Source of the DNA: Thermoleophilia bacterium
GTDB lineage: Bacteria > Actinomycetota > Thermoleophilia > UBA2241
Length of the DNA stretch: 62,205 nucleotides
Direction of reading: 5' to 3'
NCBI GenBank assembly: GCA_052139595.1
Contig: JBKQWK010000018.1
Location: 1 to 62,205, forward strand
Part shown: positions 19,527 to 30,598 of the stretch, one piece after another
Position numbering within the stretch: the first letter of the stretch is position 1
Layout: each line of letters starts with the position of its first letter
Notes under the pieces: generated by a model
What the model was told of the DNA's origin: nothing
What the model saw: only the letters and a program-made list of their open reading frames with translations
Databases searched by the model: none
Position numbers and translations under genes: made by a program

Positions 19527-19701
19527 CCCCAGAACTCTGTGCCGAAACCGGTTGTGACAGCCGGCACATTGTACCACGAAGGGTATTCGTCGGCGACAAC
19601 TTCATTCCTACCCCAGGATCCTCCGACGGCAAGCCAACATCGACCAGCTACGGCTTGGCTTGAAGAGGGGCGATAGCAACCGCCGTCTGCGTCAGGACGC
19701 G

Positions 19702-20583
19702 TCAGGCAAGCAGCGCCGCGACAACCGCCACGACGCCATACAGAATGCCTACCACACTGTTGGTCGTCATGAAGCTCATGCCAACGCGGTCCAGACCGCG
19801 ACGGGCGATGTCGATGTTTGACCAGGCCAAGAGGGCGACGACCACAGTCATGCCGGCGAAGTACGCCACGGGCAAGTGCAGCAAGCCGCCGACGATAAAC
19901 AGCAACGCCAGCGCGGCCAGATGTGACAGCGCCGCGACCCGCAGAGCGCCCCGCTCGCCGAGGCTGACCGGGATCGAGTGGATGCCCTCGCGACGGTCGA
20001 CGTCGAGGTCGAAGATGGCATAGATGATGTCGAAACCACCGATCCACAGACCGACGGCAAGAAACAGGAGCACAGGTGGCCATGAGATGTGGCCGCTCAC
20101 CGCAAGCCATGCCGCTGCAGGAGCGAGCCCGTCGGTCAGGCCAAGGCCGTAGTGGCAGAAAGCAGTGAAACGTTTCAGATAGGGATACAAGACGAAGGCC
20201 AACACCGGGATCGGCCACAGGTACCGACAGGGGTGTGAGAGGTTGAAGGCGGCGAGCACGAGAACGGCCACGGATGCCAGCGTGAACAGAATCACTTCGC
20301 CGCGACGCAGGCGGCCTGCCGGCAGCTCACGCGCCGCCGTGCGCGGATTGCGCGCATCGATCTCGGCGTCGATGAGACGGTTAAGCGCCATCGCCGCGCT
20401 GCGGGCACCGATCATGGCAACGGTAATCCAGATGAGGTTGGTCCAGCCAGGCCAGCCGGGGCGAGCCAGAAAAGCACCGGCGTACGCGAACGGCAGAGCA
20501 AAAACGCTGTGCTCAACCTTTATCAGACGTGCGAACAGGCCGGGCTTAGCCACCAGCCCGGCGGCCGCAGGCGAAACCGACAT
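19702..20583 (-). CDS. ubiA: UbiA-family aromatic prenyltransferase (MqnP-like)
   Basis: NRLIDAEIDARNPRTAARELPAG Asp-rich motif and ~8 TM helices. ATG at 20583. Confidence 0.85.
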   Translation of the reverse strand: MSVSPAAAGLVAKPGLFARLIKVEHSVFALPFAYAGAFLARPGWPGWTNLIWITVAMIGARSAAMALNRLIDAEIDARNPRTAARELPAGRLRRGEVILFTLASVAVLVLAAFNLSHPCRYLWPIPVLAFVLYPYLKRFTAFCHYGLGLTDGLAPAAAWLAVSGHISWPPVLLFLAVGLWIGGFDIIYAIFDLDVDRREGIHSIPVSLGERGALRVAALSHLAALALLFIVGGLLHLPVAYFAGMTVVVALLAWSNIDIARRGLDRVGMSFMTTNSVVGILYGVVAVVAALLA

Positions 20584-20597
20584 GAAAAAGGCGGTCG

Positions 20598-20825
20598 CTA
20601 CTCGGCTGGTTCGCGGCCAAAGCGTGCCACGACGAAACCAGCGATGCCGACGAGTACGGCAAAGGCGCCGATAACAAAGATGATGGAGTAGAGAAGCATG
20701 CTTTCCGGTCGAGATCCGCCAAGGTAGGCACTGACTGACCAGGTGATGACGGCCAGCGCCCAATTGGCGATGGACAAGATCCAGAAGCGTCGTGCAACGT
20801 GGTATCTGTGAGTTTCAGCCATCAA
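20598..20825 (-). CDS. Small two-TM membrane protein, unknown function
   Basis: 75-aa ORF with two hydrophobic helices. It fills the gap between the UbiD- and UbiA-like genes on the same strand. Confidence 0.4.
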   Translation of the reverse strand: MMAETHRYHVARRFWILSIANWALAVITWSVSAYLGGSRPESMLLYSIIFVIGAFAVLVGIAGFVVARFGREPAE

Positions 20826-20879
20826 TCTCCTTCCCTTTCGCCAGTGTAGCCAGCAACACCAGGGCAGTAAAGCAGGCCG

Positions 20880-22304
20880 TTACGAGAACGGCAGGTCGAA
20901 TTCTCCCCAACGTGCCGTAACACGAGCAACGACGCCAGGGTCCATGACAAGTTCGTCGGGCCACTCGCGTGCGTGTCCCTCTGCCGGCCAGGTCTTGGTG
21001 GCATCGATACCCATTTTGCCGCCGTACCGCGCCGTCGGGCTGGAATGGTCAAGAACATCGAGCGGACCATCAACGATGAGGCAGTCACGTCGCGGGTCAA
21101 CATTGTTGAACACGCGCCACATGACCTCGCTGTAATCGTGCACATTCACATGCTCATCGACGACGACGATGAACTTCGTGAACATCATCTGTCCCATGCC
21201 CCACACGGCGCTCATGATCTTGCGCGCCTGGCCGGGGTAGACCTTTCTGATGCTGATGATGGCGCAGTCGTGAAAGACACCCTCGATGGGCAGATCCATA
21301 TCGACAATCTCGGGCTGTACGAGGCGCAGCAGCGGCAGAAAGAGCCGCTCCGTCGCCTTGCCCAGATATGCGTCCTCCATCGGTGGCTTGCCAACGATCG
21401 TCGCCGGATAGATCGCGTCGGGCCGCATGCTCATGTGCGTCAGGTGAAACACCGGGTACTCGTCGGCCAAGGAGTAATAGCCGGTGTGATCCCCGAACGG
21501 TCCTTCGCGGCGCAGCTCACCTTTTTGTACGTACCCTTCGAGCACAATCTCAGCCTCGGCGGGCACGTCGAGGTCGACGGTCGCGCAGTGGACCACGTCA
21601 ACCGGCTCGCCGCGCAGAAAGCCGGCAAACATGAGTTCATCGATTCCTGGCGGTAGAGGCGCCGTCGCTGCATAGGTGACAACGGGATCGGTGCCGAGCG
21701 CAACAGCGACTTCAAGGCGATCGCCGGCAGCGCGAAAGTTGGCGGCACCATCGTGATGCAGATGCCAATGCATGCCGGTCGTCCGTTCGTCGTGAACCTG
21801 CAGGCGATACATGCCGGCGTTGCGCCGACCGTGAGCGTCCTTTGTGAAAACGACGGGCAAGGTGATGAACGGTCCGCCATCCGCTGGCCACGTGGTGAGA
21901 ACGGGCAAGCGACTCAAGTCCGGCGGGTTAACCGGAACACTCTGCCAAGCGGCCTTCTTTGCTGTCCGCGGTGAGTAAGAGGCAAGCTCGCGAAGCTGGC
22001 TGAGCGCTTTGACTTTACCGACGAGGCCACTGGGCACTTGCAGATCAAACAGACGAGCGATTCGCTCTGCGACCTCGTCCAGCGGAGATCCCAAAGCCAG
22101 CTCAAGGCGCCGCATCGATCCGAACTGATTCATGAGCACCGGCAGTTCGCTGCCCTTTGCCCGGGCAAAGTACAGTGCCGGGCCATGGGCCTTGCTCGCC
22201 CGATCCGCGATCTCGGCCATTTCAAAACGCGGATCGACAGCGGCAGTTATGTTGGCAAGCTCGCCCTCGCGGGCCAGAAGTTCAACGAACGCGTGCAGAT
22301 CCAT
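20880..22304 (-). CDS. ubiD: UbiD-family (prFMN-dependent) decarboxylase, menaquinone-type (MqnL-like)
   Basis: 474 aa with typical UbiD blocks (GPFGDHTGYY, MSAVWGMGQMMFTKFIVVVDEHVNVHD). Confidence 0.9.
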   Translation of the reverse strand: MDLHAFVELLAREGELANITAAVDPRFEMAEIADRASKAHGPALYFARAKGSELPVLMNQFGSMRRLELALGSPLDEVAERIARLFDLQVPSGLVGKVKALSQLRELASYSPRTAKKAAWQSVPVNPPDLSRLPVLTTWPADGGPFITLPVVFTKDAHGRRNAGMYRLQVHDERTTGMHWHLHHDGAANFRAAGDRLEVAVALGTDPVVTYAATAPLPPGIDELMFAGFLRGEPVDVVHCATVDLDVPAEAEIVLEGYVQKGELRREGPFGDHTGYYSLADEYPVFHLTHMSMRPDAIYPATIVGKPPMEDAYLGKATERLFLPLLRLVQPEIVDMDLPIEGVFHDCAIISIRKVYPGQARKIMSAVWGMGQMMFTKFIVVVDEHVNVHDYSEVMWRVFNNVDPRRDCLIVDGPLDVLDHSSPTARYGGKMGIDATKTWPAEGHAREWPDELVMDPGVVARVTARWGEFDLPFS

Positions 22305-22906
22305 CAGGCGGCACCGGCCACGCTGGCGCGCAGCCAGAGATCGGGGCCAATGGTGTCACCACGGAGAAAGGCGGCCAGTGGTCGCCGATCGCTAACTGCC
22401 AACTCGCGCACGCAGGTGCGCGCGGCCTGCGCCAGTGCCGTCGAACTGCCGTCGACGAGTTCGTGAACATGCGCAAACAGCGCCAGAGCGGGGCCGACGG
22501 CAGCACCGGCACGCAGGGCGCCGATGGCGGCCACGGTGACGACCCAGAGGTCGTCATCGTGGCTGAACGGCGCCTCGACTGCACGCAAGCAGGCGCACGA
22601 CGCCATGAGCCGCGCGAGCAGGTCGACGGCGGCAATATCGTGTCGACCCGCAACCAGGCGCAAACCACGTGCATAGAAGAAATCACCAGCCAGCAGGCTC
22701 ATCTCGCGACTCGCGGAGCGCAGCAGACGACCATGACGATAGTGCAGCAGGTAGCCCTCGTGGATGAGTTCGAAGGCCAGCGCGTCGTCAACGGCTGCCG
22801 GCGCCAGGGCGACAAGCAGCGGTCCGTACAGCAGCGGCACGGCGCCGGTGACTGCCGGCGCGGCCACCTGCAGGTCAGTGGCCGCTGCCGCTAGACCTGC
22901 CTGCAA
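22304..22906 (-). CDS. Hypothetical protein, possibly a degenerate polyprenyl-synthase-like (HepS-like) subunit
   Basis: ORF 22304..23122 overlaps rex by ~200 nt, so a TTG at 22906 (8 nt after the rex stop) is proposed as the start. FELIHEGYLLHY and LLAGDFFYARG resemble trans-IPPS helices but lack the DDxxD motif. Confidence 0.35.
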   Translation of the reverse strand: MQAGLAAAATDLQVAAPAVTGAVPLLYGPLLVALAPAAVDDALAFELIHEGYLLHYRHGRLLRSASREMSLLAGDFFYARGLRLVAGRHDIAAVDLLARLMASCACLRAVEAPFSHDDDLWVVTVAAIGALRAGAAVGPALALFAHVHELVDGSSTALAQAARTCVRELAVSDRRPLAAFLRGDTIGPDLWLRASVAGAA

Positions 22907-22913
22907 TGACTCG

Positions 22914-23567
22914 TCAGCTACGCTGCTCACATTCCGTGCCCAGATAGAACGAGAGGAACATGAGTTCGCTGGAAAGGTCAACCTGGCGCAGAACGACCTC
23001 TTTGGGCGTGGAGACTCGCACTGGCGCGAAGTTGAGAATCGCCTTGACACCGGCAGCAACGATACGGTCGATCGTCGCCTGGGCGGCATGCGCCGGCACC
23101 GTGACCATGGCGATGTCGACATGCTGCGTGGTACAGAATTCTTCTAGCTCGGTGATGCTGCGCACGCGGCCAGAGCCGTAACTAGCGCCGATCACCCGCG
23201 CCGAACTGTCGAACATGGCCACCAGACGGTAGCCCTGCTCGCTGAAGCCGCGGTAGCGGGCCAGAGCGGTGCCAAGCAGGCCAGCGCCGATAATGGCCAC
23301 GTTCCAGGTCGTGTTGAGGCCCAGGCGACACGTGATCTCCTCGATAAGGCGCGGTATCTCGTAGCCGACGCCGCGCGTGCCAAACTCACCGAAGTACGAG
23401 AAATCCTTGCGGATCTGCGCCGCGTTGAGATCGATCATCTCGGCCAGATCTTTGCTCGAGATCCTCTCGGTCCCGTGCGCATTCAACTCGCGCAGCTTGC
23501 GCAGGTACAGGGCCAAGCGGGGAACGGTCACCGTGGGGACACTGTTCTTGTCGATGTTGCGCGCCAT
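22914..23567 (-). CDS. rex: Redox-sensing transcriptional repressor Rex
   Basis: RLALYLRKLREL wHTH, RKDFSYFGEFGTRGVGY, Rossmann motif IIGAGLLG. Confidence 0.9.
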   Translation of the reverse strand: MARNIDKNSVPTVTVPRLALYLRKLRELNAHGTERISSKDLAEMIDLNAAQIRKDFSYFGEFGTRGVGYEIPRLIEEITCRLGLNTTWNVAIIGAGLLGTALARYRGFSEQGYRLVAMFDSSARVIGASYGSGRVRSITELEEFCTTQHVDIAMVTVPAHAAQATIDRIVAAGVKAILNFAPVRVSTPKEVVLRQVDLSSELMFLSFYLGTECEQRS

Positions 23568-23581
23568 ACGCTTCCCCCAGC

Positions 23582-24880
<1,299 letters not shown>

Positions 24881-25054
24881 CAGAGCAGCCGCTGTTGCTC
24901 GTACATAATACTTGCATCGCGGCGAGAACGGGTGGAGAACCGGTGCAAGTGATCACAAGTGCGCTCACACGCCGTTCAGCGCGACCCGCCCCGAAGGCAA
25001 CTCTCACCCTCGACTTCAGGGTCAGCGCTACCATTGTCCTGACGCCGGTTGCGC

Positions 25055-26191
25055 TCAGCTGGACTGTGCCACATACCCCTGTGGCACGTAAGCGCAATAG
25101 GGCTCCTCCGCCATGTAGTCGCCGGTGCATTCGTAGGCTCGGGCGCGACAGCCGCCGCAAACCTTCTTGTACTCGCAGGCACCACATTTACCGGTGAGCT
25201 GACTCAAGTCGCGCAAGCGCACGAACAACGGCGAGTGCTGCCAGATTTCGGCAAACGGTTGCTCGCGGATGTCACCGGCGACCTTGTCGAAGTAGCCGCA
25301 CGGCTGCACTTGGCCGGTATGCGAGATGAAGCAGAAACCGACGCCGGCCAGACAGCCACGACTGAGAGTGTTCATACCGCCATGCGAATGCGGGTGCACT
25401 TCGATCTTCCTGCCCTCAGCTTTGGCACGCTGGCGCATCACGCGCCAGTAGTGCGGCACGTCGGTCGGCTTGAAGAAAAGCTCTGACGTCTGCTGCGCGT
25501 CGTACATCCAGTTCAGTGCTTTCTCGTACTCTTCGGGCGGCAACTCCTGCTCTTCGAGTTCTTTGCCGCGACCTGTGGGCACCAGCATGAAGGGATGAAA
25601 GCTCACGGCACCAAGTTTGGTGGCGAGATCAAGAAGGGCCGGCAGATAGTGCACGTTGAGCTTGGTGATGGTGCTGTTAATCTGCACCTCCACGCCAGCA
25701 GCAAGTGCGTTCTGAATACCGCGCACGGCACCATCAAAAGCCCCCGGCACGCCGCGAAACTCGTCGTGCTCGGCAGCGGTCGGAAAATCGATGCTGACGC
25801 TGATGCGGCCGATGCCAATTTCGTGCATGCGGGCAGCAACTTCAGGTGTGATGAGGGTGCCGTTGGGCGACATGACTACGCGAAGACCACGCTGCCTGGC
25901 ATGGACGGCGATGTCGAAGACGTCGGCGCGCATGAGTGGGTCGCCACCGGTGAGAATGAGGATCGGGCTGGCAAAGGCAGCAATCTGATCAACCAGGGCG
26001 AGCGCTTCGGCCGTGCTCAACTCGCCCTCGTACGGACCGCGTACGGCAGACGCGCGGCAGTGCACGCAGGCGAGGTTACAGCTGCGCGTGACCTCCCAAG
26101 CGATAACGCGGGGCAGCGAGTCTGCGAGCTGGGCGCCACTCCTGTGGGCTCGCGACTCGTCGGGCGGCGATCGGCGATCATTGGACTGCAT
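25055..26191 (-). CDS. Radical SAM/SPASM protein of the AhbD / NirJ family (alternative heme pathway candidate)
   Basis: VTRSCNLACVHCRA radical-SAM motif. C-terminal SPASM-type Cys cluster GKCGACEYKKVCGGCRARAY. Sits between hemB and hemL. Confidence 0.75.
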   Translation of the reverse strand: MQSNDRRSPPDESRAHRSGAQLADSLPRVIAWEVTRSCNLACVHCRASAVRGPYEGELSTAEALALVDQIAAFASPILILTGGDPLMRADVFDIAVHARQRGLRVVMSPNGTLITPEVAARMHEIGIGRISVSIDFPTAAEHDEFRGVPGAFDGAVRGIQNALAAGVEVQINSTITKLNVHYLPALLDLATKLGAVSFHPFMLVPTGRGKELEEQELPPEEYEKALNWMYDAQQTSELFFKPTDVPHYWRVMRQRAKAEGRKIEVHPHSHGGMNTLSRGCLAGVGFCFISHTGQVQPCGYFDKVAGDIREQPFAEIWQHSPLFVRLRDLSQLTGKCGACEYKKVCGGCRARAYECTGDYMAEEPYCAYVPQGYVAQSS

Positions 26192-26347
26192 GCGAATCCG
26201 TTTCAGGTTGAGGTGGTCAAAGACGCAAATAAACAATGCCTTACTAGTGAAAATATGGACAAAGTATGACGTGGCCAGGCAGGCGCTGCAAGAACAGGAC
26301 CGTTAGGAGCCCTCATCATGCCGTCGCCGCAGCCGCCCGCCGACGCC

Positions 26348-27319
26348 TCAGCCAAGCCAGCGACAGACGTCTTTGGCGTGGTAGGTGAGGATCAGGTCCG
26401 CGCCGGCGCGCTTGATGCCGGTCAGCGCCTCAAGGACACAGCGCTCCTCGTCGAGCCAGCCCCTCTCAGCAGCGGCCTTGATCATGCTGTACTCACCGCT
26501 GACGCTGTAGGCCGCCAGAGGGAACTTCGTCTCGGTCTTGATCGCTTTAACGATGTCGAGATACGGCAGTGCCGGCTTCACCATGACAATGTCGGCGCCT
26601 TCTTCGATGTCGAGCAGGGCCTCGCGCACGGCCTCTTCGCCATTGGCGGGATCCATCTGGTAGGTGCGCCGGTCACCGAAAGCCGGCGTCGACTCGGCCG
26701 CTTCGCGAAACGGCCCGTAAAAGCCCGAGGCGAACTTGCTTGAATAGGCCATGATGATCGTGTCGATGTGGCCCTCATCGTCGAGGGCGTTGCGAATCGC
26801 CGCCACACGCCCGTCCATCATGTCGCTCGGCGCCACCATGTCGGCCCCAGCCTCGGCGTGCGTGATCGCCGTCTTAGCGAGCAGCTCCAGCGTGATGTCG
26901 TTGACGATCTCGCCGTCGTGGACAACGCCGCAGTGGCCGTGGTCCATGTACTCGCACAGACAGACGTCGGTGATGACGACAAGCTCGGGCACTTCCTGTT
27001 TGATCGCCTTGACGGCCATCTGCACGATGCCCTCGGGATCGTAGGCGCTGCTGGCAGCCGAATCTTTGTGGTCAGGCAGGCCAAAGAGGATGATTGCCGG
27101 GATGCCCAGCGATTTGACCTCGCGCACTTCGGCCAGCAGGTTGCTGATCGACAGCTGGAAGCAGCCGGGCATCGACGCAATGGGGTTCTTGACGTTCTCA
27201 CCGTGGGTGACAAAGAGCGGGTAAATAAGGTCGTTCGGCGTGAGCACCGTCTCGCGTACCATGTCACGGATGATCGGCGTGCGGCGCAGTCGCCTCATGC
27301 GGTAGCTAGGGTAGTACAT
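26348..27319 (-). CDS. hemB: Porphobilinogen synthase (delta-aminolevulinate dehydratase)
   Basis: [17 protein letters not shown]-terminus; active-site regions [14 protein letters not shown] and [13 protein letters not shown] at 27319. Confidence 0.9.
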   Translation of the reverse strand: MYYPSYRMRRLRRTPIIRDMVRETVLTPNDLIYPLFVTHGENVKNPIASMPGCFQLSISNLLAEVREVKSLGIPAIILFGLPDHKDSAASSAYDPEGIVQMAVKAIKQEVPELVVITDVCLCEYMDHGHCGVVHDGEIVNDITLELLAKTAITHAEAGADMVAPSDMMDGRVAAIRNALDDEGHIDTIIMAYSSKFASGFYGPFREAAESTPAFGDRRTYQMDPANGEEAVREALLDIEEGADIVMVKPALPYLDIVKAIKTETKFPLAAYSVSGEYSMIKAAAERGWLDEERCVLEALTGIKRAGADLILTYHAKDVCRWLG

Positions 27320-27546
27320 TCGGTTGGATCCTTTCGTAGGACGGAGTCGTCGCTGCAGTAGTTCTGCCCGCAATCTACTCCTGCCAGAGCGACCGAGGCA
27401 AGACGTGTGGCGCAGCGGCCACACGGAGCAACGGTATAGCAGTGGCGCGGTAGCCACGCACGGCGGCGGCAGCGGCAGCCGGCGACGACCGCCGCCCGAC
27501 ATGTGAGAGCACGCCCGGCCGTCACGGCAGCGGCGTATCGTCGGCT

Positions 27547-28827
27547 CTACGTTTCAGTCAGCGCGAGCGCTGTCTTCACGACGGCCAGAACCGATTCGCG
27601 GTCACGGAGGCTGCAGTGCACAACCGGGACATCGGCGGAGAGACCAAGCACCGTGCGCACGACGCCAGCACTGACCGCCTCGTCACTGGTCGAGACGTAG
27701 GTTGCGACGACCAAAGGCGCCGTGCCGAGGCCGTGGACAAAGGCAAGATCGCGCTTAGTAGCCCGCAAGCTGTCGTCAGAGTTGGCGTTGGCGAGGAGGA
27801 TGAAGACCGCACTTTCGCTGGCCAGACGCCGCCACGCCTCGTCCGGCGACGAGGTACTGGCGGTGAAAATGAGAGACTCTTGAGAGGCGCGATGGCCATT
27901 TTCAGCGTCGCTGGCTGCGCCCGCACTGAGTGGCGGCACGCTAGCGGCATAGATCGGGATCTCGATCTCTTTCTCGTCAATCATCTCGACCCGTAGATGC
28001 TTGATCACATTGCCGTTCGTCAGGGTGTTAAGAAACACTTCGTTGTAGATGTCGATGGGGCCCCGGATGACAATGGCACGGTTCTTGCCGATGCCCTCGA
28101 TAACCGGCTCCGAGACGGTGAGCAAGCCACCCGAGTAAAGGCTGTAGATGGCCTTGGCGGCATAAAACCGGTCCAGCCCACAGTCGCGCACGACGGTGTT
28201 GATGTCACGGCGACCATCGACGCGGCAGATTACGCACCATTCGTCCGCTGTCAGCTTCACTGTGTCACGCACCTGCACACGTTCGTCGTAATTGAGGTGC
28301 GGCACACGTTCCAGTGAGCCTAGAGTTGCGGCAATGCGTTCCCATTCATCGACCCGCCGGCAGCCCTCCATGATCACGTCCTCGACGTTCATGGCGACAA
28401 GAATGTCTTCCTCGTCGCCCGTCGTGTCGACAGCAAACTCGAATTCACCCTCGGTCCAGCTGAAACAGGTGAAGGCGGCGTCTTCAATCTGCGCCCGCAC
28501 CGCCAGCTCGAGACTGGCGCGGTCGATCAACCCCGTGGCGAGGAGGATGGTGCCCAACCGTGCCTCGCTGCCGTTCGCCTCTTGCTGGGCGAGAGCGGCC
28601 TTCAGTTGCGCCGACGTCAGCTTGCCGGCTTTGATCAGGCGCTCGCCGACGGGCAGCGCCTGCGGCACCGTGAAGGCGTACGAGATCAGACCGTTGCGGA
28701 ACGAAATGCGGCCCCACTCCTGCTCGCGCCGAATGGTAAGCGCGCCAGTTTTGGCACTCATCTTCACGAGCTGAAAGATATTGGGCAGACTGAACTCTTT
28801 GAGGTTGCCTTGGAGGAGCAAACTCAC
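27547..28827 (-). CDS. DUF4388 (PATAN-like) domain protein with a C-terminal GTPase/roadblock-like region
   Basis: The N-terminus [28 protein letters not shown] is the typical DUF4388 opening. The rest is not confidently assignable. Confidence 0.55.
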   Translation of the reverse strand: MSLLLQGNLKEFSLPNIFQLVKMSAKTGALTIRREQEWGRISFRNGLISYAFTVPQALPVGERLIKAGKLTSAQLKAALAQQEANGSEARLGTILLATGLIDRASLELAVRAQIEDAAFTCFSWTEGEFEFAVDTTGDEEDILVAMNVEDVIMEGCRRVDEWERIAATLGSLERVPHLNYDERVQVRDTVKLTADEWCVICRVDGRRDINTVVRDCGLDRFYAAKAIYSLYSGGLLTVSEPVIEGIGKNRAIVIRGPIDIYNEVFLNTLTNGNVIKHLRVEMIDEKEIEIPIYAASVPPLSAGAASDAENGHRASQESLIFTASTSSPDEAWRRLASESAVFILLANANSDDSLRATKRDLAFVHGLGTAPLVVATYVSTSDEAVSAGVVRTVLGLSADVPVVHCSLRDRESVLAVVKTALALTET

Positions 28828-28954
28828 CCTTCCTGTCGTTGCCGTCGGTCAGCGGAACGAACGCCAAGCTGGGCGCCACACGTCGTGGTCCTCGCCGCCA
28901 AGCGGGATACAGTCATCATCGGTACATCCGCGGTGAGGATTAAGCCTGCTCGTC

Positions 28955-30373
28955 CTATCGGACGATCTGTGTGGTGCGCAGGACCGACGTATTGCGCACG
29001 AGCAACAGGTTGCGCCCAACCCGGGTCTGCGCGTTGCCCGCTTGATCGGTCGCATAGATGTAGAAATGATACGTTCCCGCCGGCAATGTGCAGTAAAAGC
29101 TGGCCGCAAGTCGCTTGTTGACCGGCACCGTGCCGACCACCTTTTTGACGAGACGATCAGCAGCATTGCACACTCTGATCATCACCGTCGCCGTCGGGCT
29201 GCCGGGGCGCGGATCGCTGATGTAGTACAAGAGCGATGCCGTGTGACCGCGCACGACACTGGCCAGCCAGTTGGCGATCGGCGTCGGCTGGCGAGTGTCG
29301 ATGTTGACGGTGCAGATCCGCGCGCGCTCAAGGTTGCCAACCTTATCGGCAGAGCGATAAAGAATCTTGTGGGTGCCGTCATTGGCATGATCACGCGGCG
29401 CCGGAATCACAAGAGACGTGCCCTTTGTCCAGGTCGCGCCGTTATCCAGTGAGTACTCGGTGTAGGCCACGCCTTGGCCGCCCGGATTATCGATCGCCGT
29501 GAAGGTCAACGGCACCGGCTTGCTGTGCCAGAGACTACCGGCGCCGGCGACTTTGGTGACCGGCGGCGTGACGTCGCTGGTAACGAAGAAGCTCGCACCG
29601 TCGCTGCCGAGCGCCGACGTGTTCGCCTCCGGGACATTGAGGTCGGATGCCATGCTGATCTGCGACCAGTTGAAGGCGCTGATCGGCGAGCCGTTGAAGG
29701 CGCAGGCGCTAAAATTGACGAGGCCGAAATTGGCCAGCGGCAATACGCCGCCGGCCCAGGGAGCCTCTGTAATCACCTCAGCCGAGTAATCGTGAGCCAC
29801 ATTGCCAGACGGCACGAGAGTCGTCTTCGTGAACGACACCCCGGTGGTGTGGTCAACAAGCGAAAGGGTAAACGTAGCCGGGGCGGGAGCTGAAATTGGA
29901 TTGGCAACCACGCTGCCGGTCAGCACATCGCCGGGACGGATGATCATTGGGATTGTGACCGGAGGGGCGGGATACATCTCGTACCAGGCGTCGTACAGGA
30001 CCATTCCGCCCTGGACGTACCCCTCCGTGCCGATCTGCTCGACCGTGCTGCTGTAGAGCGGGTTGCTGTTGCTGCCGCTGTCGCCGTCAAGGCCAACCCA
30101 GAAATCGGCGTAGGCCTCGACGGTGCCAAGGGAAACGATTTTCGGCTGCGTCCAGGTAGCCGTGACTGAGGTGAACGGGAGCGGGTTAACGTCGTCAGTG
30201 GCGTCGTAGCCGGCCCAGTTCGTCGATGAACCGGCAGCGCCAAGAATCGGATGCGTATGCCCGAGCGGCAGAGTCGCCGCCGCGGCCGAAGGCAGCCAGG
30301 CGACGATCAGAAGGGCGAGAACGGCAGCAGCGCCGCCCCGGATTATGCTGTGCACGCCACTTGTCACCGCCAC
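28955..30373 (-). CDS. Secreted glutamic peptidase (family G1/eqolisin-like) with C-terminal Ig-like domains
   Basis: Signal peptide, then NWAGY, FWVGLDG, YDAWYEMYP and SAEVITEAP blocks that I associate with the G1 (formerly A4) fold. The C-terminal ~200 aa is beta-rich. Confidence 0.5.
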   Translation of the reverse strand: MAVTSGVHSIIRGGAAAVLALLIVAWLPSAAAATLPLGHTHPILGAAGSSTNWAGYDATDDVNPLPFTSVTATWTQPKIVSLGTVEAYADFWVGLDGDSGSNSNPLYSSTVEQIGTEGYVQGGMVLYDAWYEMYPAPPVTIPMIIRPGDVLTGSVVANPISAPAPATFTLSLVDHTTGVSFTKTTLVPSGNVAHDYSAEVITEAPWAGGVLPLANFGLVNFSACAFNGSPISAFNWSQISMASDLNVPEANTSALGSDGASFFVTSDVTPPVTKVAGAGSLWHSKPVPLTFTAIDNPGGQGVAYTEYSLDNGATWTKGTSLVIPAPRDHANDGTHKILYRSADKVGNLERARICTVNIDTRQPTPIANWLASVVRGHTASLLYYISDPRPGSPTATVMIRVCNAADRLVKKVVGTVPVNKRLAASFYCTLPAGTYHFYIYATDQAGNAQTRVGRNLLLVRNTSVLRTTQIVR

Positions 30374-30511
30374 TCACCCGCGTCCGGCTGCACGCCGACA
30401 GCAAGAATGCCATCAGTGCACAGTGGCGCGACCCTCCCCGCCGTTGCTGAACTCGTATCGTAGTATAAATCGGATCGTCAAACCGCCCTGCCGACGCCGC
30501 CTGTGCGCGAG

Positions 30512-30598
30512 CGGAGCGATGTGACGGCGTCAGATCCTTTTGAGCGACGTGGCACCGTCAGACCGTTTTGAGCGACGTGGCACCGTCAGACCGTTTTC
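30512..30598. repeat. 29-bp tandem repeat, two exact copies plus one degenerate copy
   Basis: tgagcgacgtggcaccgtcagaccgtttt occurs at 30541-30569 and 30570-30598. A ~75% identical copy at 30512-30540 contains the palindrome tgacggcgtca. Confidence 0.9.

Noticed and set aside
26245-26262. Rex operator upstream of the AhbD/NirJ-like gene.
   Set aside because: It matches only about 12 of 18 positions of the TTGTGAA-N4-TTCACAA consensus, and the left half-site is poor (TTGTCC). It is kept as a test target in a finding, not annotated as a feature.
30512-30598. Possible CRISPR array.
   Set aside because: The 29-bp units are directly adjacent with no spacers. There are only about 3 copies, and no cas genes are in the window apart from an unrelated Cas4-like nuclease 22 kb away.
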